Source: Deltaproteobacteria bacterium (GTDB taxonomy: Bacteria > Desulfobacterota > Syntrophobacteria > BM002). Taken from it: a DNA stretch of 64,000 nt. The notes under the pieces were generated by a model that saw only the letters and a program-made list of their open reading frames with translations, made no database searches and was not told the DNA's origin. Location of the stretch: assembly GCA_019309045.1 (NCBI GenBank), contig JAFDGZ010000002.1:79435-143434 (forward strand), read 5' to 3'. A program made the position numbers and the translations under genes. Positions 18,078 to 26,878 of the stretch are shown in pieces (within the stretch, counting starts at the first letter, position 1; each line of letters begins with the position of its first letter).

Positions 18078-18836
18078 CTAATTCTCCTGGGATGAAAAGT
18101 TGCGAGCGGCAAAGTCATATTCATCCATGAGCAGCGCCAGTCTACGTATCTCTTTGAGGTATTGTCTGAACAGCTCTACCACGGCTGAACCAGCCAGTTT
18201 CAGCTTCTGCTCTCTCATTTTGAGCAATGTGAGGAAAAGCTCCTCATCGAGCTGCAGTTCAGTGGCAAGCAGATGGATGGTATCTTTTTTGGTGGCTGGA
18301 ATTTCCTTGTCAAGGAGATAGAGCAGCGCTCTGAAGACAAAAAGAAAGGTGGGCAGGGATTCTACAAGCAAGGTTCGCAGGATTCGGCTCTTGCCGCCGG
18401 CCTCCACGTATCTTTGCCTGAGGAGGAGAAGCTTGCCTTTGAGTTCATGTTCGCACTGCATACGGATGTGTTCCTTGTGAAAAACAAGATCCGCCAGCAC
18501 GTCCTCGCCATTGATTACCCGGTAATTTCTCCTGATGTTGAGAAACTCTATGGGAAAGGTCTCCAGTGAAGAACTGATATAGGCCCTGGTGAGAAACAGC
18601 GGCGTGCCTACCCGCTGCTTGCGCCACCTGACCACCAGCCCATGCGCCAGGTGCAGTTCTTCTATGCCCTTTTCAGTGAGGACAATGAGAAAGTTGAGAT
18701 CTGATTTGCGCGGCAGATATTCACTGGTAAGGGCGCTGCCATAAAGGATCACGGAGATCAAATCAGGGCCAAACACCTGCTGATAATCTTCTGCCAGGCG
18801 AGTCGCTTTCTGCAACACCTCATCTTGTAATGCCAT
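18078..18836 (-). CDS. hypothetical protein with N-terminal nucleotidyltransferase-like motif
   Basis: VILYGSALTSEYLPRKSDLNFLIVL resembles the hG[GS]-x(n)-D-h-[DE] pol-beta NTase signature, though the second acidic residue is Asn. Confidence 0.5.
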   Translation of the reverse strand: MALQDEVLQKATRLAEDYQQVFGPDLISVILYGSALTSEYLPRKSDLNFLIVLTEKGIEELHLAHGLVVRWRKQRVGTPLFLTRAYISSSLETFPIEFLNIRRNYRVINGEDVLADLVFHKEHIRMQCEHELKGKLLLLRQRYVEAGGKSRILRTLLVESLPTFLFVFRALLYLLDKEIPATKKDTIHLLATELQLDEELFLTLLKMREQKLKLAGSAVVELFRQYLKEIRRLALLMDEYDFAARNFSSQEN

Positions 18837-18917
18837 GGGTTACTCTCCCGCAGTTCTCTTGCCGCTGCGCCGACTTGTTGTCAATCTCCTGTTGAGGGCA
18901 GGACCTCGTGCTCGCTG

Positions 18918-19733
18918 CTACCAGCCACCGCTTGCCCCGCCGCCGCCGAAGCCGCCACCGCCGCCGCTGAATCCACCGCCGAAGCCGCCGCCGCCAAAAC
19001 CGCCGCCGAAGCCGCCACCCCACCAGAAGGGACCGCCGAAAAAGAAGCCTCCGGTCCTGCGGCCAGAATAATAACGCCTGCGGCGAAAGCCACTGAATAT
19101 GGCAGAAATAAAGAAAAACAAGGGGAATAACAGCCAGAGAAGAGACGAGCCTCTTGCTGGTTTTCGCGAACTGCGCCCAAGTGGTTGATATTCTCCCCGG
19201 GTTGCGGCCATAATAGCGGAAATGCCATCGCGGATGCCCTCGTAATAGAGGCCTTGGCGAAAACGTGGGCCTATTACCCGTCTGATTATGTCGCCGGCCA
19301 GGCTGTCCGGAAGCACGCCTTCCAGGCCGTAACCCACTTCGATGCGGATCTTGCGATCCTTCATGACAATGAGCAGAATGACGCCATTGTCCCGCCCTTT
19401 CTGGCCGATCTTCCAGGCTTCTGCCAGGCGGATGGAAAAATCTTCCAGGCTGTCCCCTTCAAGGGTGGGGATGAGGACAACCGCGATCTGGTTTGAAGTC
19501 TGTTGCTCAAACCGGGCGAGCTGGCGCTCCAGTTCAGCTATCTGGCTGGCTGTCAGGGTGTTGGTGTAATCGGACACCCTGCCCTGTGGTCTTGGAGGTA
19601 CTGGCAATGCCCAGGCAGAACTGACAAGGGCAGCGAGCAGCAAACAAACCAGCAGTGCATGCCGTGTTTTCACTTGCGACCGATTCCCGTATAGCGCCAC
19701 AAATTTGGCAAGGTTATAAGTAGTTCCCACCAT
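18918..19733 (-). CDS. TPM-domain protein (YgcG-like) with Gly-rich C-terminal tail
   Basis: Signal/TM N-terminus, TPM domain (IAVVLIPTLEGDSLEDFSIRLAEAWKIGQKGRDNGVILLIVMKDRKIRIEVGYGLEG), and a GGFGGG low-complexity tail. Confidence 0.85.
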   Translation of the reverse strand: MVGTTYNLAKFVALYGNRSQVKTRHALLVCLLLAALVSSAWALPVPPRPQGRVSDYTNTLTASQIAELERQLARFEQQTSNQIAVVLIPTLEGDSLEDFSIRLAEAWKIGQKGRDNGVILLIVMKDRKIRIEVGYGLEGVLPDSLAGDIIRRVIGPRFRQGLYYEGIRDGISAIMAATRGEYQPLGRSSRKPARGSSLLWLLFPLFFFISAIFSGFRRRRYYSGRRTGGFFFGGPFWWGGGFGGGFGGGGFGGGFSGGGGGFGGGGASGGW

Positions 19734-20034
19734 TTACAGACTTTTACAACAGCCCCCTCGCAACATTTGCCAGGTCAATATGATTGATAGGGTCACACCA
19801 TATTCCCGAGAACACTGTATTCTTTGATGGTAAGCATAAATGGCTCCTTTGACAAGAGGCAGGCGCAGCTCAATGTTGAGCCGCGCACCATTATTTCTCG
19901 AGATCGAGCAGCCAAGAGAACAAGAAAGTAGCAGTGCGGCAGCCACTATCTTAATGTCTCAATGCCCGGAAAAGGAGGATACCTGAGGAGCTCCAGGTTT
20001 TCGTTCCTTATGGCAGAAGCGTGCGCCAGGACTC

Positions 20035-20934
20035 TCAGCCGGGCAGCAGCACCACGGCGAACTGGTTGAAGCCCAGAGAGGTTTTTCTTGCCAGCCGGTG
20101 CAGGCAACAACGGCCCGCCTGAGCTGGCTCTTCGGCATCACGCACCCGAAAGCCCACTGACTCTGCCAGCTTCTGGAAGCCTGAATAGGTGAAATAGTGC
20201 ATGTCTTCAATGGTTTGCCTGTCGCGCACCGAGCGCATTTCACGGCCTCGCCTGCTGATGTAGAGGTGCGCCAGTCTTTGAGGCAAAAAGTTGAGGCCCC
20301 ACAGCTGGTAGTGGGGATCCAGATGCGCCAGCCGATTTACCACCGTGAGTACACACCCCCCTGAAGGCTTGCAAACTCTGTGCAGTTCTTGCAGCACCTT
20401 CACAGGATTGTCGACATGCTCCAGCACTCCAAAAAGAGATATGACATCGAAACTGTGAGTTTTGAAAGGCAGTGTTTCTGCAGCGGCAACAGTCAATGGT
20501 ACTGAGAGGTTGTACCTCTGGCCGCGAACCTGGGCGATCCGGCAGTTTCTGTAGCGGAGATCAAGGCCCACAGCCTTGAAGCCATTTGCCAGGAAAGCTA
20601 CTGGCAGGCCGCCTCGGCCGCAGCCAATATCAAGAAAGTGCAGGTCGCGAGGCAGGCAGCAGCCGGCCCTGGCAAGCCAGTTGAGCATTTTCCTCATGGT
20701 AACAACCTTGTAGACTTCGTCCCAGAGCCTCTTCTTCATAGAACGGCAGAGCTGAACATGCCAGGGACTGGCCTGCAGGCCAGGCAGTATCAGCCGCAAG
20801 ATGACTTGCTCATCCTCGGCGCGAAACACGGGAGAACGGCCGAGGCGCCGGGCTGCCACCTCACTCAGCCCAGCTGGACGCCAGGCAGAGGCGGCGATCT
20901 CTTCTAGCATTTTCTCGAGGTCTTGAGCGGGCAT
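20035..20934 (-). CDS. class I SAM-dependent methyltransferase
   Basis: Motif I LDIGCGRGG and the type-11 methyltransferase post-I region. Start is uncertain: 20934 or the upstream 21006. Confidence 0.7.
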   Translation of the reverse strand: MPAQDLEKMLEEIAASAWRPAGLSEVAARRLGRSPVFRAEDEQVILRLILPGLQASPWHVQLCRSMKKRLWDEVYKVVTMRKMLNWLARAGCCLPRDLHFLDIGCGRGGLPVAFLANGFKAVGLDLRYRNCRIAQVRGQRYNLSVPLTVAAAETLPFKTHSFDVISLFGVLEHVDNPVKVLQELHRVCKPSGGCVLTVVNRLAHLDPHYQLWGLNFLPQRLAHLYISRRGREMRSVRDRQTIEDMHYFTYSGFQKLAESVGFRVRDAEEPAQAGRCCLHRLARKTSLGFNQFAVVLLPG

Positions 20935-21002
20935 GGCAATGTGCCTGTAATTCACAGGAAGACGCTGCCAATTGCGGCGTCGGCAGAAGATGGCGCAGTC
21001 AA

Positions 21003-21440
21003 TCAAATGTGACGGTCTTTGTCAATGAATGGGTGCGGCTCTGCTTTTCTGTAGGCCAGGGCCTGGCAGCTCGCCACCAGCCGTTGCTGATGGTCAAGGA
21101 CTGTGATGTGGTAGCTGGCTGTCCTGCGCGTCCGGTGAACCTCGCGCGCTTCTGCCAGCAAGGTGCAGCCCTGTACAGCAGCCCGATGATAGGTGACATT
21201 GATGTTCAGGGCTACGGCAACGGTTCCGTGAGAGTTGCACGCCGCCTGGAATGCCTCGTCTATCAAGCTGAAGATGGCTCCGCCGTGTGTCATCTGGAAG
21301 ATATTTTCCATGGCAGCAGTGCAGGTCATTTCAACCACGGCGCGGCCTTGTTCCAGCTGGCGCAGCTTGATGCCGAGGCTTGCCGCGTAGGGTTCCTGTT
21401 GAATGTGGCGGCGCAAGCGGGAGAGAGCCGTCTGTTCCAT
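21003..21440 (-). CDS. PaaI-family hotdog-fold thioesterase
   Basis: HGGAIFSLIDEAF and GTVAVALNINVTYHRAA are characteristic. RBS AAGGAG present. Confidence 0.8.
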   Translation of the reverse strand: MEQTALSRLRRHIQQEPYAASLGIKLRQLEQGRAVVEMTCTAAMENIFQMTHGGAIFSLIDEAFQAACNSHGTVAVALNINVTYHRAAVQGCTLLAEAREVHRTRRTASYHITVLDHQQRLVASCQALAYRKAEPHPFIDKDRHI

Positions 21441-21596
21441 GGGTCACTCCTTTTCTCCTGGGCAATAATAGATCTTGTGGCAGCCTGGATAGATGTTTTT
21501 TTATTTGACGACGGGCCATAGTGTAGCATAACTATGGACAAAGAGGATTTACTCGCAGGGCATCTGGGACAATTTTCTCTGGATGGAGGTGAAATA

Positions 21597-21977
21597 GTGG
21601 AAAAGGAAGTGATAAAGACTGGAGGGGCGCCGGCAGCCATTGGCCCCTATTCGCAGGGGATACGTGCAGGCGGCATGGTTTTCGTGGCGGGACAGATTCC
21701 TCTGGATCCTTCCACAGGAGAATTGATCGAGGGTGACATTCAGCAGCAGACCAGGAGGGTTTTGCGCAACCTGGAAGCGGTGCTGGTTGCCGCGGGCAGT
21801 TCCCTGGAAAAGGTGGTGAAGACCACGGTGTTTCTTGGCGATATGAAAGATTTCCCTCTGATGAACAGGACATACGAGGAATTTTTTCCACAACAACCGC
21901 CAGCGCGGGCGTGTGTAGAAGTGTCTCGGCTTCCCAGGGATGCGGCTGTGGAGATCGAGGCTGTAGCCGTGGCCTAG
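21597..21977 (+). CDS. ridA: RidA family enamine/imine deaminase (YjgF/TdcF)
   Basis: Motifs [25 protein letters not shown] and [13 protein letters not shown]...[11 protein letters not shown] at 21597 with a GGAGG RBS, giving 126 aa. Confidence 0.85.
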   Translation: MEKEVIKTGGAPAAIGPYSQGIRAGGMVFVAGQIPLDPSTGELIEGDIQQQTRRVLRNLEAVLVAAGSSLEKVVKTTVFLGDMKDFPLMNRTYEEFFPQQPPARACVEVSRLPRDAAVEIEAVAVA

Positions 21978-22185
21978 CCGTGGCGGCTGATGAGAGGGTA
22001 AAGAATTTCATCTTGTCAACAGCAGCTGATTTTTTAGCTGTGGCTGGGGCAATACAATTGACAGCGATGGAGCTTTTGTTTAGAATGACTTGCAGTGAAA
22101 TCTGACACTTCAAGTGTTGAAAATCCTGTGAGATTGCAAAAGGATGACAGAGCCCCGCGATGTTGAATTCCAAAGTGTGCCAGAG

Positions 22186-22216
22186 ACCTTCCCATATTCG
22201 GGAAGGTTTTTTTTTG
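22186..22216 (+). terminator. intrinsic terminator or attenuator hairpin in the pyrB leader (ACCTTCCC-ATATTC-GGGAAGGT plus T9)
   Basis: Perfect 8-bp GC-rich stem followed by nine T's, about 130 nt upstream of pyrB and about 210 nt downstream of ridA. Confidence 0.55.
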
Positions 22217-22346
22217 GCCTGCTCATGAGAGGGATTCAGCTGGTCCTTTGCAGAGTTTTTCTATGAAGCATGCTCTCATAGAGAGGCCAGGTGAAAGGCG
22301 GCAGACCACTGAGCCCGGTGATCCACCCGGAGATGCGAGGTAGACT

Positions 22347-23300
22347 ATGGGGTTAGCGACTAAAGACCTTCTGGGCATAGAGCAGCTCAGCGTGGAAGAA
22401 ATCGAGCTAATTCTGGACACAGCCGAGGCCTTCAAGGAACTGTCAACCAGGGAGATCAAGAAGGCCCCCACACTGCGAGGCAAAACTATTATCACTCTTT
22501 TTTACGAGCCGAGTACCCGAACGAGAGCCTCTTTTGAAATTGCTGCCAAGAGGCTCAGTGCGGACTCTCTCAATATATCAGCCTCAACGAGCAGCGTGGT
22601 GAAGGGGGAGACCCTGATAGATACGGCCAGGAATCTGGAGGCAATGAATCCTGACATCGTGATCATCAGGCACAGTGCTGCCGGGGCCCCCCATATGCTG
22701 GCGAAGCTGCTGAGACCTTCCATAATCAATGCAGGCGATGGCGCCCATGAGCATCCCACCCAGGCCTTGCTGGATATGATGACCATAAGGGAGAAAAAGG
22801 GCAGAATTGCCGACCTCGAGGTTGCCATAGTTGGTGACATTGCTCACAGCAGGGTTGCTCGTTCCAATATCTACGGCCTGACCAAAATGGGGGCCCGGGT
22901 AGCAGTGGCAGGTCCGGCAATGATGCTGCCGCGTGACATCCACAGACTGGGTGTGCAGGTGTATTCCACCATTGAAGAGGCGATCAGCGGCGCCGATATC
23001 ATCATGATGCTGCGAGTGCAGTTCGAGAGAGAAAAGGAGCAGATATTTCCGTCCATAAGGGAATACGCCAGCTACTTCAGTCTGAACAGAGACAATATTG
23101 GCCTGGCCAAGGATGATGTGCTGGTGATGCACCCCGGGCCAATGAACAGAGGCGTAGAAATCGCCAGTGATATTGCTGATGGACCGTGGTCGATAATTCT
23201 TGATCAGGTCACCAATGGGGTGGCGGTGAGAATGGCTCTTCTTTACCTGCTTGCAGGAGGTAAGCATGAAACTCCTTCTGAAGAACGGCACCATCATTGA
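22347..23300 (+). CDS. pyrB: aspartate carbamoyltransferase catalytic subunit
   Basis: STRTR carbamoyl-phosphate motif ([11 protein letters not shown]), HPTQ and HPGP motifs. Overlaps pyrC by 35 nt. Confidence 0.9.
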   Translation: MGLATKDLLGIEQLSVEEIELILDTAEAFKELSTREIKKAPTLRGKTIITLFYEPSTRTRASFEIAAKRLSADSLNISASTSSVVKGETLIDTARNLEAMNPDIVIIRHSAAGAPHMLAKLLRPSIINAGDGAHEHPTQALLDMMTIREKKGRIADLEVAIVGDIAHSRVARSNIYGLTKMGARVAVAGPAMMLPRDIHRLGVQVYSTIEEAISGADIIMMLRVQFEREKEQIFPSIREYASYFSLNRDNIGLAKDDVLVMHPGPMNRGVEIASDIADGPWSIILDQVTNGVAVRMALLYLLAGGKHETPSEERHHH

Positions 23301-24561
23301 TCCCTCTCAGAACATGCACCAGCAGGGAGATCTGCTGCTGCTGGACGGCAAGATAGCTGCGCTGGGAGCTGCGGCAGCAAGAGCAGCGGAGGGTGTTGCT
23401 GATCTGCAGACAATAGAGGTCACGGGCAAAGCAGTGGTGCCTGGACTGATTGATATGCACACTCACCTGCGCGAGCCCGGATTCGAGTACAAGGAAACAA
23501 TCCGCACTGGCAGTGAAGCAGCTGTAGCAGGGGGATTCACCTCCGTCGCCTGTATGCCGAATACGGATCCTGTAAATGACAATCGTTCGGTGACGGAGTT
23601 TATTCTGCAGCAGGCCAGGCAATGCGGTCTGGCTAATGTCTATCCTGTAGCTGCTCTCAGCAAAGCATCTGAAGGGCGCACCCTTACGGAATTCGCGGAT
23701 TTGCGGGACGCTGGGGCGGTGGCCTTTTCTGATGATGGCAATCCGGTTATACGGTCGGCAGTGATGAGAAGGGCCCTGGAATATGCCTATTCACTGGGTA
23801 TGCCTGTAATCTCCCACTGTGAAGACAGAGGCCTGGCAGCAGATGGCGTCATGCACGAGGGACTGGTGGCCACCAGGCTGGGTTTGCGGGGCATGCCGAG
23901 CATTGCCGAAGACGTCATGGTGGCCAGGGATATTGCCATCGCGGAGTATACCAACACTGCAGTACACATAGCCCACGTCAGCACTAGAGGTGCGGTGCAG
24001 TTGATCAGAGATGCAAAGGACAGAGGCGTTCAGGTAACGGCCGAAGCCACCCCGCACCACTTCACCCTTACTGACGAGGCCCTGGCCGAGTTCGACACCA
24101 ATGCCAAGGTGAATCCTCCTCTGCGTGCCATGGAGGACGTGGAGGCGATCCAGCAGGGGCTCAAAGACGGCACAATCGAGGTCATTGCCAGCGACCATGC
24201 ACCTCATTCACCACTGGAAAAGGAGGTGGAGTTTGACTATGCTGCCTTTGGCATGGTGGGGCTGGAAACCGCCTTCTCCCTGAGCCTCAGACTGGTGCTG
24301 GACAAAGTGTTGACTCTCGACCAGCTGGTGCAGAAGATGAGCTGCAATCCTGCCCGCATCCTGAATCTTGCCAAGGGTACGCTGGCAGTGGGCTCAGATG
24401 CAGACGTCACCGTCTTTGACCTCGAGAGTGAATGGACGGTAACAGCCAGCCGTCTGCGCTCGAAGAGCAAGAATACTCCCTTTGACGGCTGGACCATTCC
24501 CGGCAGGGTGCTCTATACCATTGTGGGAGGCGAGATCAAGTACCAGGCCTCTGAGAGCTGA
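23266..24561 (+). CDS. pyrC: dihydroorotase (multifunctional-complex type, ~430 aa)
   Basis: [10 protein letters not shown] metal-binding motif and the amidohydrolase fold. RBS GGAGG before ATG 23266. Confidence 0.9.
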   Translation: MKLLLKNGTIIDPSQNMHQQGDLLLLDGKIAALGAAAARAAEGVADLQTIEVTGKAVVPGLIDMHTHLREPGFEYKETIRTGSEAAVAGGFTSVACMPNTDPVNDNRSVTEFILQQARQCGLANVYPVAALSKASEGRTLTEFADLRDAGAVAFSDDGNPVIRSAVMRRALEYAYSLGMPVISHCEDRGLAADGVMHEGLVATRLGLRGMPSIAEDVMVARDIAIAEYTNTAVHIAHVSTRGAVQLIRDAKDRGVQVTAEATPHHFTLTDEALAEFDTNAKVNPPLRAMEDVEAIQQGLKDGTIEVIASDHAPHSPLEKEVEFDYAAFGMVGLETAFSLSLRLVLDKVLTLDQLVQKMSCNPARILNLAKGTLAVGSDADVTVFDLESEWTVTASRLRSKSKNTPFDGWTIPGRVLYTIVGGEIKYQASES

Positions 24562-24578
24562 AGTGACAAAGAGCGGCC

Positions 24579-25253
24579 ATGTCAATAGATGAACTGCAGG
24601 AAACGCTTGCCAGACTTGTAGGTGCGCCAGTCCAGATAACAGTGACGGACAACAGGCACTCTATGGTGTCGATACGCAAGGGCGCCTCTGGCTACCGGGT
24701 GAGAGTGCACCACATGTTTGTGGCGGCGGAGAGAAGGATTTGGCAGGCGCTGGCAGAATTTATCAAGAGCTCCACCAGGAAGGCGCCGGACATTCTTGCA
24801 GAATTTGTAGAAGCCAATTCAGACAAGATCAGGCGCCAGCCGCCTAGGCGGCATCGTGTCCACCTGCGGCCGACTGGGCAATATTTTGACCTGCAGGAGA
24901 TTTTCAACAGGCTCAACCAAGATTACTTTCAGGGCAAGCTTTGCTGTAGAATCACCTGGGGGGCGCGCCGCCGTTTGAAGCAAAAAAAGACCATTCGCCT
25001 TGGAAGTTATTCGGAGAAAACAGGGATCATCCGCGTCAATGCGGCTCTCGACAGGAGTTTTGTACCTGCCTACGTGATCGAAGGCGTGGTCTACCACGAG
25101 ATGCTGCATCACCATCTGGGCGTCGAGGTAAAGAATGGCCGGCGCTACAGCCACTCCAGGTTGTTCAGACAACTGGAAGCCCGTTATCCACACCACCAGA
25201 AGGTTACGGCCTGGATCAACAAAAGGGCAGCGCTGTTGAGCGGGGAACGCTAA
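24579..25253 (+). CDS. M48-family / DUF45 (YgjP-like) zinc metallo-hydrolase
   Basis: HEMLHH (HExxH) followed by HSRLF, matching the YgjP signature HELxHLxxxxHSxxF. Confidence 0.7.
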   Translation: MSIDELQETLARLVGAPVQITVTDNRHSMVSIRKGASGYRVRVHHMFVAAERRIWQALAEFIKSSTRKAPDILAEFVEANSDKIRRQPPRRHRVHLRPTGQYFDLQEIFNRLNQDYFQGKLCCRITWGARRRLKQKKTIRLGSYSEKTGIIRVNAALDRSFVPAYVIEGVVYHEMLHHHLGVEVKNGRRYSHSRLFRQLEARYPHHQKVTAWINKRAALLSGER

Positions 25254-25370
25254 CTAGTGAGCCTGTTTGGCTCCGGAGGAATGGCGCTGCCAGGGTAAGC
25301 GGCTCATAGTGTGAGCAGATTGAAGTGTTAGAATTTTGTCAGCTACCTCCTCCCAGAAAGGAGAGAAGCC

Positions 25371-26621
25371 ATGAGTGGTCAGCAAAACCCGCGAGAGATT
25401 GCTCTCAGTCAGCTTGATCTGGTAGCAAGGCACGTGAATCTGGACTCCGCCATTCACAAGCGCTTCCGCAAACCAGTGAGGTGTTTCATCGTCTCCATAC
25501 CCATCAGATTGGATGATGGCTCGGTGGAAGTGTTTACCGGCTACAGGGTGCACCACAACACCTCCAGGGGTCCTGCCAAGGGAGGCATCCGCTACCATCC
25601 GGATGTCAACCTGGATGAGGTTATTGCCCTGGCGATGTGGATGACCTGGAAATGCGCCGTGGTTGACATTCCGTTCGGCGGCGGCAAAGGCGGGGTTGTT
25701 TGCAATCCCAAAGAGATGTCTCGGGGTGAACTGCAGCGGTTGACCAGAAGATACACCTCCGAGTTGATCAATGTCTTCGGTCCGCAAACAGACATCCCGG
25801 CGCCTGATGTTTACACCAATCCCCAGATCATGTCCTGGATCATGGACACCTACAGTGTCTCTGTGGGCTACGCCGAACCTGGTGTAGTGACAGGCAAGCC
25901 CCTGGCCGTGGGAGGGTCGCTGGGGAGAAACGAGGCCACCAGTCGTGGCTGCGTGTACACCATCCATTCCCTGCTCAAGAAGCTGAGTCGGAACATTGAA
26001 GAAGAGACGGTGGCAGTGCAGGGATATGGCAACGTGGGCTACAATGCCGCCGACATCATCCACGATGATGGCGCGAAAATTGTGGCGGCCAGCGACAGCA
26101 AAGGAGGCGTCTACAACCCCAGAGGTCTCGATCCCAAGGCGCTGTGGGAGTTCAAACGGCAGAGCGGCTCGGTGCATGGCTACCCGGACGGAGATGCCAT
26201 AACCAATGAAGAGCTACTCGAACTGGACTGCTCGATTCTCATACCCGCGGCAATGGAAAATCAGATTACCGAAGAGAATGCAGACCGCATCAAAGCCGAG
26301 ATCATCGCTGAAGGCGCGAATGGGCCGACTACGCCAGCCGCAGATCAGATTCTTCATGAGCGGGGCAAGTATCACCTGCCCGACATTCTTGCCAATGCCG
26401 GTGGGGTGACCGTGTCCTATTTCGAGTGGGTGCAGGGGCTGGAACGCTATTTCTGGAGCGAAGAAGAAGTGAACTCCAAGCTGAAGCGCATTATGAACCT
26501 GGCCTTCGACAATGTCTGGGATATTGCTCAACAGGAAAAGGTGACTATGAGGATGGCCGCATACATCCTGGCTGTGAAGCGGGTCAGCGAGGCCATGTTG
26601 CTGCGTGGTCTCTATCCATAG
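25371..26621 (+). CDS. gdhA: NAD(P)-specific glutamate dehydrogenase
   Basis: Catalytic region GGIRYHPDVNLDEV..., DIPFGGGKGG, and a C-terminal Rossmann GYGNVG. Confidence 0.9.
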   Translation: MSGQQNPREIALSQLDLVARHVNLDSAIHKRFRKPVRCFIVSIPIRLDDGSVEVFTGYRVHHNTSRGPAKGGIRYHPDVNLDEVIALAMWMTWKCAVVDIPFGGGKGGVVCNPKEMSRGELQRLTRRYTSELINVFGPQTDIPAPDVYTNPQIMSWIMDTYSVSVGYAEPGVVTGKPLAVGGSLGRNEATSRGCVYTIHSLLKKLSRNIEEETVAVQGYGNVGYNAADIIHDDGAKIVAASDSKGGVYNPRGLDPKALWEFKRQSGSVHGYPDGDAITNEELLELDCSILIPAAMENQITEENADRIKAEIIAEGANGPTTPAADQILHERGKYHLPDILANAGGVTVSYFEWVQGLERYFWSEEEVNSKLKRIMNLAFDNVWDIAQQEKVTMRMAAYILAVKRVSEAMLLRGLYP

Positions 26622-26878
26622 GAGAACACTTTGTATGGGGCAAGGGGGTGAGACCTGGTGCGAGAAAAAATTCGACCTGTAGATTGCCCACCTTGCCGAT
26701 CAGCTCCAGGCCGCAAGGCAGTTCAGCCTAACAAGAACAAGAGGTTGTTTCTGCCGATAATTGCCGTTGGCAATCATATTGACAGCAGCATTGAGGTTGT
26801 GTTAGAGCATCAGGCGCCGGTGGCGATACCATCTCGTTGACCCTCCCTCAGACCAACTTCAAGACAATCGGTTCAAAG

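Noticed and set aside
18835-19071. Pro-rich 78-aa ORF (PPPKPPPPP...) on plus strand
   Set aside because: It is the antisense reading of the Gly-rich GGFGGG tail of the TPM-domain gene (GGN codons read as NCC = Pro). It is an artefact of low-complexity sequence.
22273-22292. CTCTCATAGAGAGGCCAGG resembling a PyrR binding loop (…AGAGAGGCU…) in the pyrB leader
   Set aside because: It is located downstream of the terminator hairpin rather than upstream, as a PyrR anti-antiterminator would be. No pyrR is nearby. It is kept only as a weak note inside the pyrB-leader finding.
25254-26177. 307-aa ORF on the minus strand
   Set aside because: It lies entirely antisense to the clearly recognisable glutamate dehydrogenase gene (25371-26621). 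It is a typical high-GC shadow ORF with no recognisable domains.
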